Below are positions 24,328-36,309 of a stretch of DNA of 64,000 bases, one piece after another (the stretch's first letter is position 1; every line of letters starts with the position of its first letter). The position numbers and the translations under genes were made by a program. Under the pieces are notes generated by a model, which ran no database searches, had not been told where the DNA came from, and worked only from the letters and a program-made list of their open reading frames with translations. Source of the DNA: Azolla caroliniana (lineage: Eukaryota; Plantae; Polypodiophyta); assembly GCA_043228905.1 (NCBI GenBank), contig JBHGNT010000018.1:10664001-10728000 (forward strand), given 5' to 3'.

Positions 24328-25230
24328 CATGCAGCTAGCTATAAGTTTTCGGTGGAGCTGAACTCAAACATATGCACATGCACACACATAGGTTACTACG
24401 TGTCTCAAGGGCCTAATATGGCAAATGTTGTGAGGGTCTCCACTTATTAACGTCTCCTTTTCTTCCTTTCCTTATAAACTAGAGCATATCCTTATCAATG
24501 TTCTCATTCATACATTCTAACTTCCATGCCCATTTTAAGAGTACATCTCAGGATCATGCACCTAGCTATAAGTTCTGGATGGAGCCAAACTCATAACATA
24601 CATGCCCAAATACATACATAGTTCACCATGTGTTGCAGGGGCCTAGCGTTTCTAATGGTTTGAGGGTCTCTCCTCTTCTTGGGTCTCCTTCTTCTTATTT
24701 ATTCATTTTAATGACTTCCATATCCACATTAACAGTACATACCAATAAGGATGTGCTCTAAAAACTAGAGCACATCCTTATTGGCCTTCTTATTGTTTCA
24801 TTTTAGTGACTTCTATGACCACATTAAACATACATCTCAAGATGGGCATATTAGGACAACTCTGTATTAGTACACATATTTGGATGGAGCTAAAGTCAAA
24901 CATATACACACAAATGCATAATTTACTCTGTATCACAAGTTCTTAGCATTGCTGACAGTGATGATCACTTCTGAGGTCTCCTTTTCTTCCTCCCCATATA
25001 AACTAGAGGACAAATTGTATCAATACACAGTTTTGGATGGAGCTAAAGTCAAACATATACAGACAAATGCATAACTTACTCTGTATCACAAGTTCCTAGG
25101 AATGCTAATAGTGATGATCACTTATGAGGTCTCCTTTTCTTCCTCTCTATATAAACTAGAGGACATCCCTAATTGGCTTTCTCATTCATTCATTTTATTG
25201 ACTTCCAAGTCCACATTAAGAGTACATACC
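24328..25230. repeat. Four diverged direct repeats (about 150-300 bp spacing) downstream of the WD40 gene
   Basis: gg.tggagct.aa.tcaaacata..cac....tgagg(g)tctcc recurs near 24351, 24576, 24881 and 25034; the last two are most similar. Confidence 0.7.
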
Positions 25231-25608
25231 AAGGTGGGGGTTCCCAACAACCACTTTTACAACAATGACCCATTTATATTTGCATTCTAGTTTTCTTTGT
25301 GTGCACATGTGGAGATGAACAAAAAAGAGCGGTGCAAGCCAACAAGCAAATTTCACCAATTACATAAAAGAATTGATCCTTGATAATTAATTGCTTTCAC
25401 AATTCGTGAGAAGAATCCATATTTCTTGCTTTATAAATGTTTGGTAGAACTGTAACAATTTTACAATGGGAAGTATAAATTTCTAAATGATACTTAGGAC
25501 AATCCAGTCTTGGATTCCATTTGTATGGCTAAATAATACAAATATGAGTTTTCTTTTCTTTTCTTTTTTTATCTTTACAAGTTGAGAGCTTGACAAAATA
25601 TCATCGAT

Positions 25609-26372
25609 CTAACTACTAATAGGCAAACCAAAATTCTGGAAGATCCTGATATCTCCTTCTAAACTCGCTGTGACAATGACCAAACCCAATGCCGCATGAT
25701 TGCTTTGAACAGTTTCCTCATGTGGCAAAGAGCTGAAAGGAAAGCCGAGGGATCTCTTTGTTGAGTTCTGATGGAGTGGTGGGAGTTTCTCTTCAGGCCA
25801 TGTAGCTGGACCTTTGCTATCAGTGAAAAAAACATTCTTTCCACTACCATTTTGACTTGACGAAATACAGCTAGCCAACATCGAGCTTCCACAACAATCC
25901 TCGAGGTAAGGATTCAACATAGGAGGTGTAACAGTTGGTGGATGCCTAGGGGCATGTTCATGATCTGACATCAGTGATGTTGACACATTCATTGACACGA
26001 TATCCGCCCCTTTCTTGCTCTCCTTCAAGTCAAATGATTGTTTCCCATGCCTATACAATGATGCCACGTTAGCAAGTGGCACATCACAATCCAAAACATT
26101 GCTTGATATTGTAAAAGCTTGCTTTGTGTCATCCGAGGCTAAATCCATTTGTTGGTAGTTAGTCATCATGCCTGGCCATGGTATTGCCACAAGAACATGT
26201 CTCGAAGTGAAATGTTCATATGAGTATGATAGCTTCTTCTGTCTACCTGCAGTCTCCAGCATTGAATCAGAGTATTTCCATATGTAGACACGAGAATCTT
26301 CACTCCCGCAGATTATGTATTGTCCATTCGTTGCAAATGATGCAGCAATCTGGCTTTTCACATTCTTGAAAC
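25609..26372 (-). CDS. WD40 gene exon 7 (terminal)
   Basis: atgcag|GTTTCAAG; (G)[12 protein letters not shown]...[10 protein letters not shown]. Confidence 0.88.
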
Positions 26373-29300
26373 CTGCATCTCTCTCTCTCTCTCTAGTGGT
26401 AAGCTAAGTGTTTACTTAACAATGCATCCAGGTTCAAATCTCACTATATGCACTATTTTATTTGATGCCACAGCAGAATCGAAGGGTTAAACCAAACAGT
26501 ATTACCAACTGACCACAACTCTTCATACCTCCCTCCCAAAATTACCTCTTAAGATTTAGCATAGACAAATATTTTCCGCACAATAATTGCAGTGAAGACT
26601 AATAACCTAGAAAAATATTAATTCATAGAATAAATTTTAGGGTGGCTAGAATCATGCCAAGAAACAGCATTATATACCATATCCCAGACAGAATACTAAT
26701 CAGAAATGAATTTGTCCATATTGTCACTCAATTATTTTTAACAATGGATTCTCCCCCATCTCTCGATTCTGGTAACTTGACAGGTAACATGTCTAATTGA
26801 AAGATAGTATGTCAACTCCATAACGATAATCTGCAGGCACAGAATATGACCTATGGGATAAGTGGTAACCTATTATCCTAGAAATTGCCACAACCCATAA
26901 GGATCTGGCACATAGCAACACGTGGTAGTCTAGGAACCACAGGCATTCAGTTGTATAAAGTGGGGTAGCTACCCCCTACAACACATCTCAAATGCATTGT
27001 AGGGACTCTGTTGGAGACCTTAAGATTCTCCATCAAACCCACCCCATATCACCCTCAAACTTCCTAATGCACTTCTTTTTTTGCACCTCATGAGTGTTTT
27101 TGCTTTCATTCACAAACTAAACGCACTTGAAAAACTGCACAAACTAGCTTATGCCTTCCACCATAATTTGTCACAGAAAAAATTAAGAAAAGATACTGGT
27201 AATAAAATTATAGAAGGGAGTGGCATTAATGTCTTTCAAATTACTGAATGAATGTGCATTGGGCCAATTGAGGGCAATTCGTGAAGGAAAACATTACCTT
27301 TAAACTTGGAGATTATTTTAGTGCCATCATAAACACGGATTCGTGAATCACTTGATGTAATAAGAACTTTTCTTTTATCCCCAGGAAGAAACTGCAGAAA
27401 CTCATTCATAATATGCAAACTGAGTTACTATGATTAATGTTGTGTATAGTCAACAACTAGAATCTAGAATTAGAAAGTACTTGAAATCCTGTAATCTTTT
27501 TGCCCTGTGACCTCTTGCCTTTATTCCTTCGCACTTCAAAAGTTGTGTCTAGGTGTAGCTTGTTTTCTGCCAAAGAAGGCGCATAGTTTTAACATGCACA
27601 GAAACTTACTAGAAATTGTATGCTTCACATAAAAATGGTTCATAGAAGAAATTATCCAGTTTATGGAGACATCTTTCAAGATTACGTAGAAAACACATTG
27701 GAATTATCTTTGTAAAACATTGATAGCTGAACTTCTCACAACGTATCGAATAACTACAGTCTGACAAGTACATCCTTGTCAAATATACTACATGAGCGAC
27801 TACAATTTAAGTATTCGAATGCCCACACTGTAAATATTCTGTCAAATCATAGATAAGCACAATCAAACTATTGCAATTTCAGAATATGTGTTACCCACAA
27901 TAAGTTCTTTATTACAGAACGTCAATGTACTAATCAGATTGTTGGTATATTCGGGAAGACTTGTCCACAAAATACTGTACTAAATCTCTCAGCCAAAGCT
28001 ATAAAATGTTCTATCATTGAGCATGCACATAGTCCTCACACAAAGAAGAAAAGAATAAATGTGTGCACACATATCCATTTGCGTACATACCTATACATGT
28101 ATCATGCAGAACTATCCAAAATCTCAAGACAAATATTTAAAATCATCCTTTGAGAGCATACACAAGAAAAAGTATGAAAAAAATATTAAAAACATATTAA
28201 GATACCCGAAGTTTCATAGAACCTGCAAGTCCCCTTATAAGATCCAACAAGTGCACCCTGCTCAGAGACAAAAATGACAACATCAACAAATGTAAGGCTA
28301 AAAAATATGCCCAAAATGTTCATCATACAAGAGAAATTCTAGGATATCCTAAGGTAGACATGCCACGGTATGCACTACGTACACACTTTTCTTTTTAAAA
28401 ATATATTATATTACTCATGGGAAAACTTCAATGTGAGGTGAAAATCCATTAGATGGAGTGATGCACACTTTTGCTTCATAATACACTATTGTGCAGACAC
28501 ACACTACCTGTCCATTGGGTGTGTAACACGCGGCAGTTACCATTTCCTGTAAGTCCACCCAATCAACTACTTGTGGTTCTCTTATCCTCCATATGCGCAC
28601 TTTTCCATCCAACGAACCACTGATAAAATGGCCATCGTCTAATGGATGAAATTGAATGCATGTCACTGTTCCAAAAGTACCCACATTGTTTGCATGCTGA
28701 ATTCATTAATACTAATAGCACTAACATTTAACATGCTATAAGTATACAATAGGGGAAACACCAAAATATGCTTGAGATTTTCTTTATTAACCTTCAAAAT
28801 GCCCCTACCCTACGTTCTTCTTATTTCCCTAAATGCCCCAAAGCCCGAGAGAGAAAAACCACATAATTTCAGCATTAATGAATAGTTAGGTTAAATAGCA
28901 AAATTTGAGGGTGTTTTGGGGAAATAACAAATGCATAATTTGAGGATGAATCAACCACATAATTTCTCAAATAACAGATATAATTGATTGACCAGGGCTT
29001 GACAAGGGTAGTTAGGTTAAATAGCAAAATTTGAGGGTGTTTTGGGGAAATGAAGAAAAACTCAGGCATATTTCAGAGCATTTTCCATATTGCACACCTA
29101 CCATAATCATTGTGCTTGAAGACTTTTAAGCAACCTCTATGTGACACATTCCATAACCGCACTGTCTTATCCATGGATGATGAGAGCAGGAACTGTTCAA
29201 ACACATAATCAAACCATAAACAATACATCTTGCCATTTGCAGTACTATTAACGCTATTAGCAAATTGGTCGAGGAAAATTTGACAGACACACATCATGAC

Positions 29301-31327
29301 CCTTAAATCCTTTGGGAATTAATTATTCGATTTTGACTTCAGAAATAAACAAATGTAAAAAAAGATGCATTGGAGTTATCATTCAAAAGATCTTGTTTAG
29401 TGGATTCTCAATATGACCTTGGAAAATAGTCGATAGATATATTTGAAAGATTGTTATCAATGGCATTTCCCATTGATAACAATCTTTCAAATATACCATT
29501 GTACCTAAAGCTATATTTTCACTTCGATATCAGATTCATAACAAAGATAACAATGGGGTTTTCCCATTGTCCCTAAAGCTATATTTTCACTTCGATATCA
29601 GATTCATAGCAAAGATAACAATGGGGTTTCCCCATTGTACCTAAAGCTATATTTTCACTTTGATACCAGATTCATAACAAAGATACAAAATATATGAGAT
29701 GCCATCATTACACCCTTTCTTATTTTACACATCTTTGTCTGTGTTCACATACTTAGATTATATTACTTTATAGTCAATATTGCATGAATGGAAAAAGTAT
29801 TACCTGAGATTGCGACCAAGATAAGTCTAGTATGTCTTCAGTATGACCATGAAAGTTGCATTTTGGTATCTCAGGTAGCTTGAATAATTTATGAAGATGG
29901 GAAGTGCCATAGGTCATTGCCAGTCTGCTCTTTAGTTCACTATGTCTTTGATAGCTAAAATCTATCTTCTCAAGATTCGAATTCAACTCTCCTGAAGTGT
30001 AAGGGGAATCCTTGGATTCAACATTCTGTTCAATAACTTCCCATACTCTGACAACCTTATCTTGTCCCGCACTAGCGAGAAAAGAACCATCATGGCTGAA
30101 TTTCATTGCCCAAATAGCACCTTCATGAGCTTGTATCTCTTGCCTCACACGTAAACCCCCAAATTCTTTAATTGGCTTCTTATTACTATGTACTTTGACA
30201 GGTTTTCCGGTTCTCAACGGATCTTGACAATCATCCGTAGTTGATTCTGACCTTCTCGACTTTTCCGTTGAAGTGTCTCTCTCATCACTACCACTTCCTT
30301 GATGATGGCTCCTCTCTAGTGATCCTCTAACTACCCATTTGATTGCTTTGAGCCATCCTCCTCGTTTGTTTTTCTTCTTTTTCTCAACTTCATCATCATG
30401 AACATTTGCATCAATGTGAACATCATCATCAACAGCCTTTTGCCTTCGCATGACTTCTTGTACAATGGGTGAAAGACCCAAGCAAGATTCAAACTCTTCT
30501 AAGCTTATCTCTTTCCCCGTATCCAGCACTTTGAGGCGATTCCACAACCCATCTTTCCCCAATTCATTAACCACAAACTCCTTGCCACTATCAAGATCCT
30601 TTATTCTACACAAGATATCTAATTTGGGGGAGGGGGCTAAGATACCATTTGCAGCTGCACCAACCATTCTACTTTGGAAGTCTTCATCATCTGTGGATAA
30701 CCTTTCAGCAATAGGACAGTTTTTTCTTGAATCAAAATTTGTCATATTTTTATCAAAATGTATATTACTTGAATCACTGAACCTTCCTAGTTTCTTCTCT
30801 TTCTGGGCCACACGGGGAGGTTTCCATGTTTGGCCAAAATGTGATGGAGACGGACTTGTGGTGCTTGACTTGATCGTCTGAGAATCCGACAAAATTCGAT
30901 TGTTAAATATTTCTTCTAGCCCACCCTTTGACCTTGAGATCACCATGGGCAAGTCATAACCTTGGCCTTGTTCTCTCGTACGTGGGTTGTCATGCTCCTC
31001 CTTGGAGAAAATAGGTTGCTTTGTCATTTGTTCTGATCCCATTGAAGAATAAGGATAGCGATTTAAACCCATCTGAACATGCAATCGTTGCCTTCTCTCC
31101 TCTACGGTGCCAGGAATAGCTTTCCATATCTCATACTTGGAAACCAAAGAAGAAGAAGAAGATGATGATGATAGCTGAGATACAACAGAATACAAATTTC
31201 CTTCACCTACTACACTCTCAACATCAGAAGATGAAAAGGCAATGTCTTCCGAAGTCTCAAAATACTCATCATCCTCATCTTCTTCATCTTCTTCATCTTC
31301 TTCAGGAATGGATGAGTGAGGATCCAT
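25609..31327 (-). CDS. WD40-repeat protein, plant WDR44/rabphilin-11-like family; 7 coding exons, 2769 nt, about 922 aa
   Basis: join(31327-29804,29192-29102,28665-28508,28257-28206,27566-27481,27391-27298,26372-25609). All introns GT-AG and phases consistent. Motifs [72 protein letters not shown]. Confidence 0.92.
27298..27391 (-). CDS. WD40 gene exon 6
   Basis: ctgcag|[31 protein letters not shown]|gtaat. Confidence 0.9.
27481..27566 (-). CDS. WD40 gene exon 5
   Basis: ggcag|(E)[28 protein letters not shown]|gtact. Confidence 0.88.
28206..28257 (-). CDS. WD40 gene exon 4
   Basis: agcag|[17 protein letters not shown]|gtatc. Confidence 0.88.
28508..28665 (-). CDS. WD40 gene exon 3
   Basis: aacag|(V)[25 protein letters not shown]...YTPNGQ|gtagt. 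Confidence 0.9.
29102..29192 (-). CDS. WD40 gene exon 2
   Basis: aacag|[30 protein letters not shown]|gtagg. Confidence 0.9.
29438..29495. repeat. Perfect 26-bp inverted repeat with 6-nt loop in intron 1
   Basis: TATATTTGAAAGATTGTTATCAATGG-CATTTC-CCATTGATAACAATCTTTCAAATATA. Confidence 0.9.
29496..29687. repeat. About 2.8 tandem copies of a ~68-bp unit in intron 1
   Basis: ccattgt.cctaaagctatattttcacttcgatatcagattcataacaaagataacaatggggttt repeated. Confidence 0.85.
29804..31327 (-). CDS. WD40 gene exon 1
   Basis: ATG at 31327; acidic N-terminus and first WD repeats; ..DLSWSQSQ|gtaat. Confidence 0.9.
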
Positions 31328-31378
31328 ACTCAAGGGAATGAAGGGAAGAATCCCAAAAGGACGATGATGCCCACCACC

Positions 31379-31587
31379 ATGGTGGTGGTGGTGGTGGTGG
31401 TGGTGGTGGTAGTGGTGGTGTTACAGAGGGGCGGCAAAAATAAGATCAAGAATAGATCTCGGGCATGCCCATGGAGATCTGCGAGAAAAAAGGTGAATAA
31501 TCTTTTAGATCCAACCACAAATAATGGGCCAAAATGGGGGTTTGGAGAAAGTTTAACAGTCTGCTTCACTGGAAAGAATGAACGGCC

Positions 31588-31621
<34 letters not shown>

Positions 31622-32010
31622 GACCTTAATCAATCTGGTGCGATGTAGCAAGATTTTAGGTTGAGAAGAAGAAGAAGAAGAAGAAGAAGAGTGGGAATGG
31701 GAATGGGGGTATATAATAATAAGTAACTCTACAAACGGGTGGTGGTCCTAGGAGCGAGAATCAGGCGAAGACATATTTTTTTTCTTTGAGATTTTTTCTG
31801 TTTGTCCAACAAGAAGGTGGTGACATCATCACCATTCCATTCTTGTCGTCGTCGTCGTCGTCGTCTGCCTTCCGCTTCTTCTTCATTTGTTTGTTCTTTT
31901 CTTTTCTTTTATGTATTTTATGTGTGTCTTGTCTGTCTGTCTGTCCGTCCGTCTTCGTTTCATCGCTGATTCATTCATCCATTCATTCATTCCTCCTCCT
32001 CCTCCTCCTT
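31379..32010. repeat. Microsatellite cluster in the 5' leader/promoter of the WD40 gene: (GGT)n, (TA)n, (GAA)n, (TCG)n, (CCT)n
   Basis: Runs near 31380-31420, 31600-31621, 31664-31690, 31844-31864 and 31991-32009. Confidence 0.85.
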
Positions 32011-33049
32011 CGCCCGGAAGGCAAAAGAAAAGGAACAAAGAAGCAAAGAGAAAGGAAACCATCCAAATCCACCCACAACGAACTACTGATTTATTACTTA
32101 TATTACAGAAGAAAATAAATGGGAGGAGACCCAGAATGTATGTACGTATGCATTTACATAGTCCTCATTCTTTGGATTCACCTCAAGAATTCCTCTCAAC
32201 CTTTGGTCTCCAGCCTTAAGCTTGGCCATTTTATTTTGAGGAATCAAGATTGTTCTACACATATCTCGTATGACTTTCACTTCAAATTTGATGACTCTAT
32301 TGTCTAAGGAAGTTCAATGGATCGAACTAAAAACTTCTAGAAGGAGCAAATTCAAGACTTTCTTGTTCTAACATACGGATAGACACAATCAAGAATGAAT
32401 AAGCCCCTGTTAAATATAACGCCTCTAAATGGTCAAAACTCAATCAGCTAACTAGAGCAACCATTCAAATGCATATCTCTAAATTAGTATATTTCACAGT
32501 ACACTACGTACAATTCCTTACAAACTTTGAGGCAAACACTTATGAGAAGTAAGCCACGTCGACAAAGATATACCTTCAAATGAAAGAATCTAACTCGGTT
32601 CCTACCCACTTAAATGTCTACAAGGCCATTGTCTCCTAGTTCCTAGCTCATGGGATGAAGATCAATAAAGAACTACATTGCTCTACTCCTAATGAGCACC
32701 CTATCTTGGGAAACATTCATGAAAACATCTACATTTCAAGAATGACCAACTTGACTTATGCCATGGTCACTAGTGTTATCTTATTCGAAGACACCTTACA
32801 TAAAACGTTTGCACAAAACTCAATTAGTGATGCCTACATCAATTGATTGGCAAAACATAATAGATGTCTAACCTCTTCTCGAGACCTGAAAATTCAAAGG
32901 GCTGAAGCAAGTTGTGGAACTCTTGAACTTGATCTATTGCAAGAAGGTTGAACATATCAATTTTGAATGTCATGCCTTAAAGGCTAGGAATGATAAAGCT
33001 TAGAGATTTGGGCAATCCAACAACCGAGTCATATGGATTGAAGAGGTGA

Positions 33050-36000
33050 ATCATGTTGTGGCTTCAACCTCTATTGACGAAACCAACTTCTCTCTTCATC
33101 CTACAAGGTCAGAACGGGCCGGTTAGTATTTTACTTCATGTTGATGATTTAGTCATCACCGACGCCGACCTGGACGAAATCGGTCGCGTTGAATCCCAGC
33201 TCGCACCATCATTCGAGATGAAGGATCTAGGAGACCTTCATTACTTCCTCAGAATCGAAGTGATCTGAACCCCCGAATGCATACTGATCAGTCAACACCA
33301 CTATGTGCAGAGTATGATCTTCAAATTCGGTATGATGGAATGCAAATGCATCTCAATTCCTATGGACCAAAATGTGAAGTTTTGCCCCGACTCGGGAACG
33401 GCATGCGACTCGAAAAGGTTTCGATAAATAGTCGGAAGCCTTATCTATCCGACCATCACCCGGCCGGACCTCAGTTATCCGGTCGGATTGATCAGTCAAT
33501 TTATGGCGCGATCGACCGTGGAGCATCTTCAGTGCGCGCACTGAATTTTGAGATACGTTAGCGGCACTAAGGACAAGGGGTTGTTGTATCGGACCGGTGT
33601 AGCCGGACAACTTGTCGACTACACGGATGCCAATTGGGCCAGAAATGTCAGCGATTGTAATTCTACATCCGGATATGCGTTTTCACTTGGGAGCGTCGCG
33701 GTCGCCTGGAGCAGTAAGAAGCAAACGACAGTTGCACTGTCGAGCACTGAGGCCGAGTATTGAGTAGCGGTTGTCACGACATGCGAAGTCGTATGGCTAA
33801 AGAGGCTTCTGAAGGATTTGTGCATGGAGGTGTCTAATCCGACAACGATCTATTGTGACAACCTCAACAACATCTAGTTGGCGAAGAATGCCCGAACTAA
33901 GCACATTGAGGTGCACTATCATTTTGTTCGAGAGTGTGTTCTCTCCGGTAAAGTGGAATTGTTGCATGTTCCGACAGATCGGCAGGTAGCCGATATATTC
34001 ACCAAAGCCCTCGGCTTATACAATAACCATTCGGTTAAGTGTGTGACCACTTAAGTGTGCCATTCTATTAAGTGCGCATTTTATAGAGGTCAAAATCCCG
34101 ATCAAAAAAATTACATTGTTTCATGATGAAATTACATCTAACCAATTTTAAACTATGTTCCAAACATTAAGAAAACAATAAAATCATACAAAAATCAGAT
34201 TTATTGCACATTGAGTGATATGTATGCTAATTAGCCAATTTGACATTGAGTGATATGTATGCTAATTAGCTAATTTCACATTGAGTGATATCATTTATTC
34301 CTCTTCGTTCCCTCCTTCCTACTACTTCCTTAGCCCATTACTCTTTCTATTGCTTCCTATTATTGATGCTTCTTCTTATTCTTCTTATGCTTCTTATTCT
34401 TCTTCCTTCTTTTCCTTATTTTTTCCTCTACCACTAATTTTTCTCTATTCTTATTGATCCTAATTTGTTTCGTTCTTCTTGTTCCATTTCATCTCCTTGA
34501 TTCTTCTTCTTTTACGGTATGTATTTCCTTTTCATGATGTTTGTTGGTACTAATACTCCTTCCCTTCTTCTAATGAGTTCTTAATTCTTATTATTCCTTC
34601 TACTTCCCCTTTCCCTCTTCATCATCTTCTACTTCCTTCTTTTATTTCTTTCTTGTAATTCCTTCTCCTTGCTCCCTCTCCTTTCCGGTTCATCTTCTTC
34701 TTACTTTATGCAGAGTTCTAATCCATGCAAGAAAACACAAATTTCATAATATATTTGCGCCTATAAAGCTCCATAAACTGGATTGCAGAGTCAAAGATAG
34801 TTGTTTTCAAGATGATAGTTCCAATTACTCAGCATCGATAAGAGAAAAAACTTGCAATTTCACATTAAAGAAAAGGTTTTCCTAGGGTTGAAACCGTGAA
34901 AATCACTTCCATTAGCTAAAAAATTCTATAAACAAATTAGAACAATCTTCAACATATGAAATGCTCAAGTTTTATTGTAGAATAGAACAATGAATAGATT
35001 ACCACAATAGGTGAGAATGATCAAGTTTGACAGACTTATTAAAAATTTGTTTAGTTTCCTATGAGTTAAAGTTCTGTTGTAGAAGAAAAACCAGAAGAAT
35101 GGTTTTTACGAAACAAGTTTTGCATGAGAAGAAAAAAAATTTGGGGAATAAAAGATTCGAGTAAAAAAGCCCTGAGTATGCGGCCTAGTTAAGTGCGCAC
35201 TTCTTCCTTGCGTTCAAAGTGCGCACTTAACCGAATGGTTACTGTATAAGTTGCGGCAATTTTCTGGTGCACTGGGTGTGCAATACCTAGATATGCCGAA
35301 CTTTAGGGGGAGGAATGAGGAAGACAACCGAAAACCCAAGTTGGAAACCAATTTCGATTTCAGCCCGACTGAAGAAGTCGGAGTGCACGGGACAACTGAA
35401 GAAGCTGAGACTAGACATGGGGGGAGCCACCGGAACGGAGAGGCCAAGCCAAAGCCAACCAAAATAGGGGGAGGCAAAGCCGGGAAGACCAAGACATAGA
35501 CTTGGTCTGATGTCATGAAGGGTCTAAAGATTGAGGATGAATTGGAGACAACCAATTTGGACAAGAGCTAGAACGAATTGAAAGCACCCGGTTCAAAAGA
35601 GGTGTTTGATTCAGAGGAGCCGGATCAACTGAAGGCCAAACGGACACGGAGGAACCGACGAATCGAGACGCGCTAGAGTTGTAACAGCAAAGGAGCTGAG
35701 ATGGGCCTTATGAGCAGACAAAAAGACCAAGAAGGTCAAGAAGCGTGGAACTGGACGGGTCGAGGAAAGCAGAACCGGACTGGACGAGGAGTGCGAGCTA
35801 GGTGAGAGGACGCCAGGTGGAGCCAGAGGAGACGACCGGTTACCACAAACACAAACACTGCAATCTAACCTTGAATTGAGCTTGAGGGGGAGTGTTGAGC
35901 GGACAAGATCAACCGGATCCGGATCAGCTGAATAAGCCAAAGCAAGATCGGAGTCTGGAATGAAGAATTGGATCGGTGTCCGGAACCAAGAGCCGGATCG

Positions 36001-36308
36001 GATTGTAACCGGTAGGCCATAAGAAGCCTACGAATCTAGCCTAGTATGTAGGCATATTTTTGGGAGTCAGTGTCAGTCGCTCCTATGAGCATTGAAGTAC
36101 TTATGTTAGTCCTTTATGGACTTGTATAAAAGTGCTCATTGAGCACATTGTATGTACAGAGTGTTATTATTTTGAATTGGTTTTATTGTTCTACTCTCTC
36201 TGTCTCTCTTGTGTATTCTTTGTTCATAAGCTTTCATTCTCTATTTTATTGTTGTAATGTGGCTGAACTGGTTTGTCTAGAAGCTTCCACAAGATATTCT
36301 TTGCACTC
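33050..36308 (+). mobile_element. 5'-truncated Copia C8 (C6/C7 family): RT/RH remnants, 3' extension, 3' LTR 35893-~36308
   Basis: LHVDDL..MKDLG, SSTEAEY, ADIFTKAL; PPT CTTGAGGGGGAG 35881-35892 then TGTTGAGCGG, the same LTR start as C7. Confidence 0.85.
34021..35244. mobile_element. Non-autonomous Tc1/mariner-superfamily (pogo/Tc1-type) DNA transposon, 1224 bp
   Basis: 21-bp TIRs CA(A/G)TAACCATTCGGTTAAGTG; TA duplication (34019-34020, 35245-35246); removal restores host KALGL(Y)KLRQF. Confidence 0.88.
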
Positions 36309-36309
36309 A

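Noticed and set aside
28883-29051. ~43-bp direct repeat in intron 2 as a TSD or element ends
   Set aside because: Too long for a TSD and no TIR or LTR features; likely a simple local duplication.
32300-33050. Possible decayed coding or TE sequence upstream of the WD40 gene
   Set aside because: No frame gave a recognisable motif; left unannotated.
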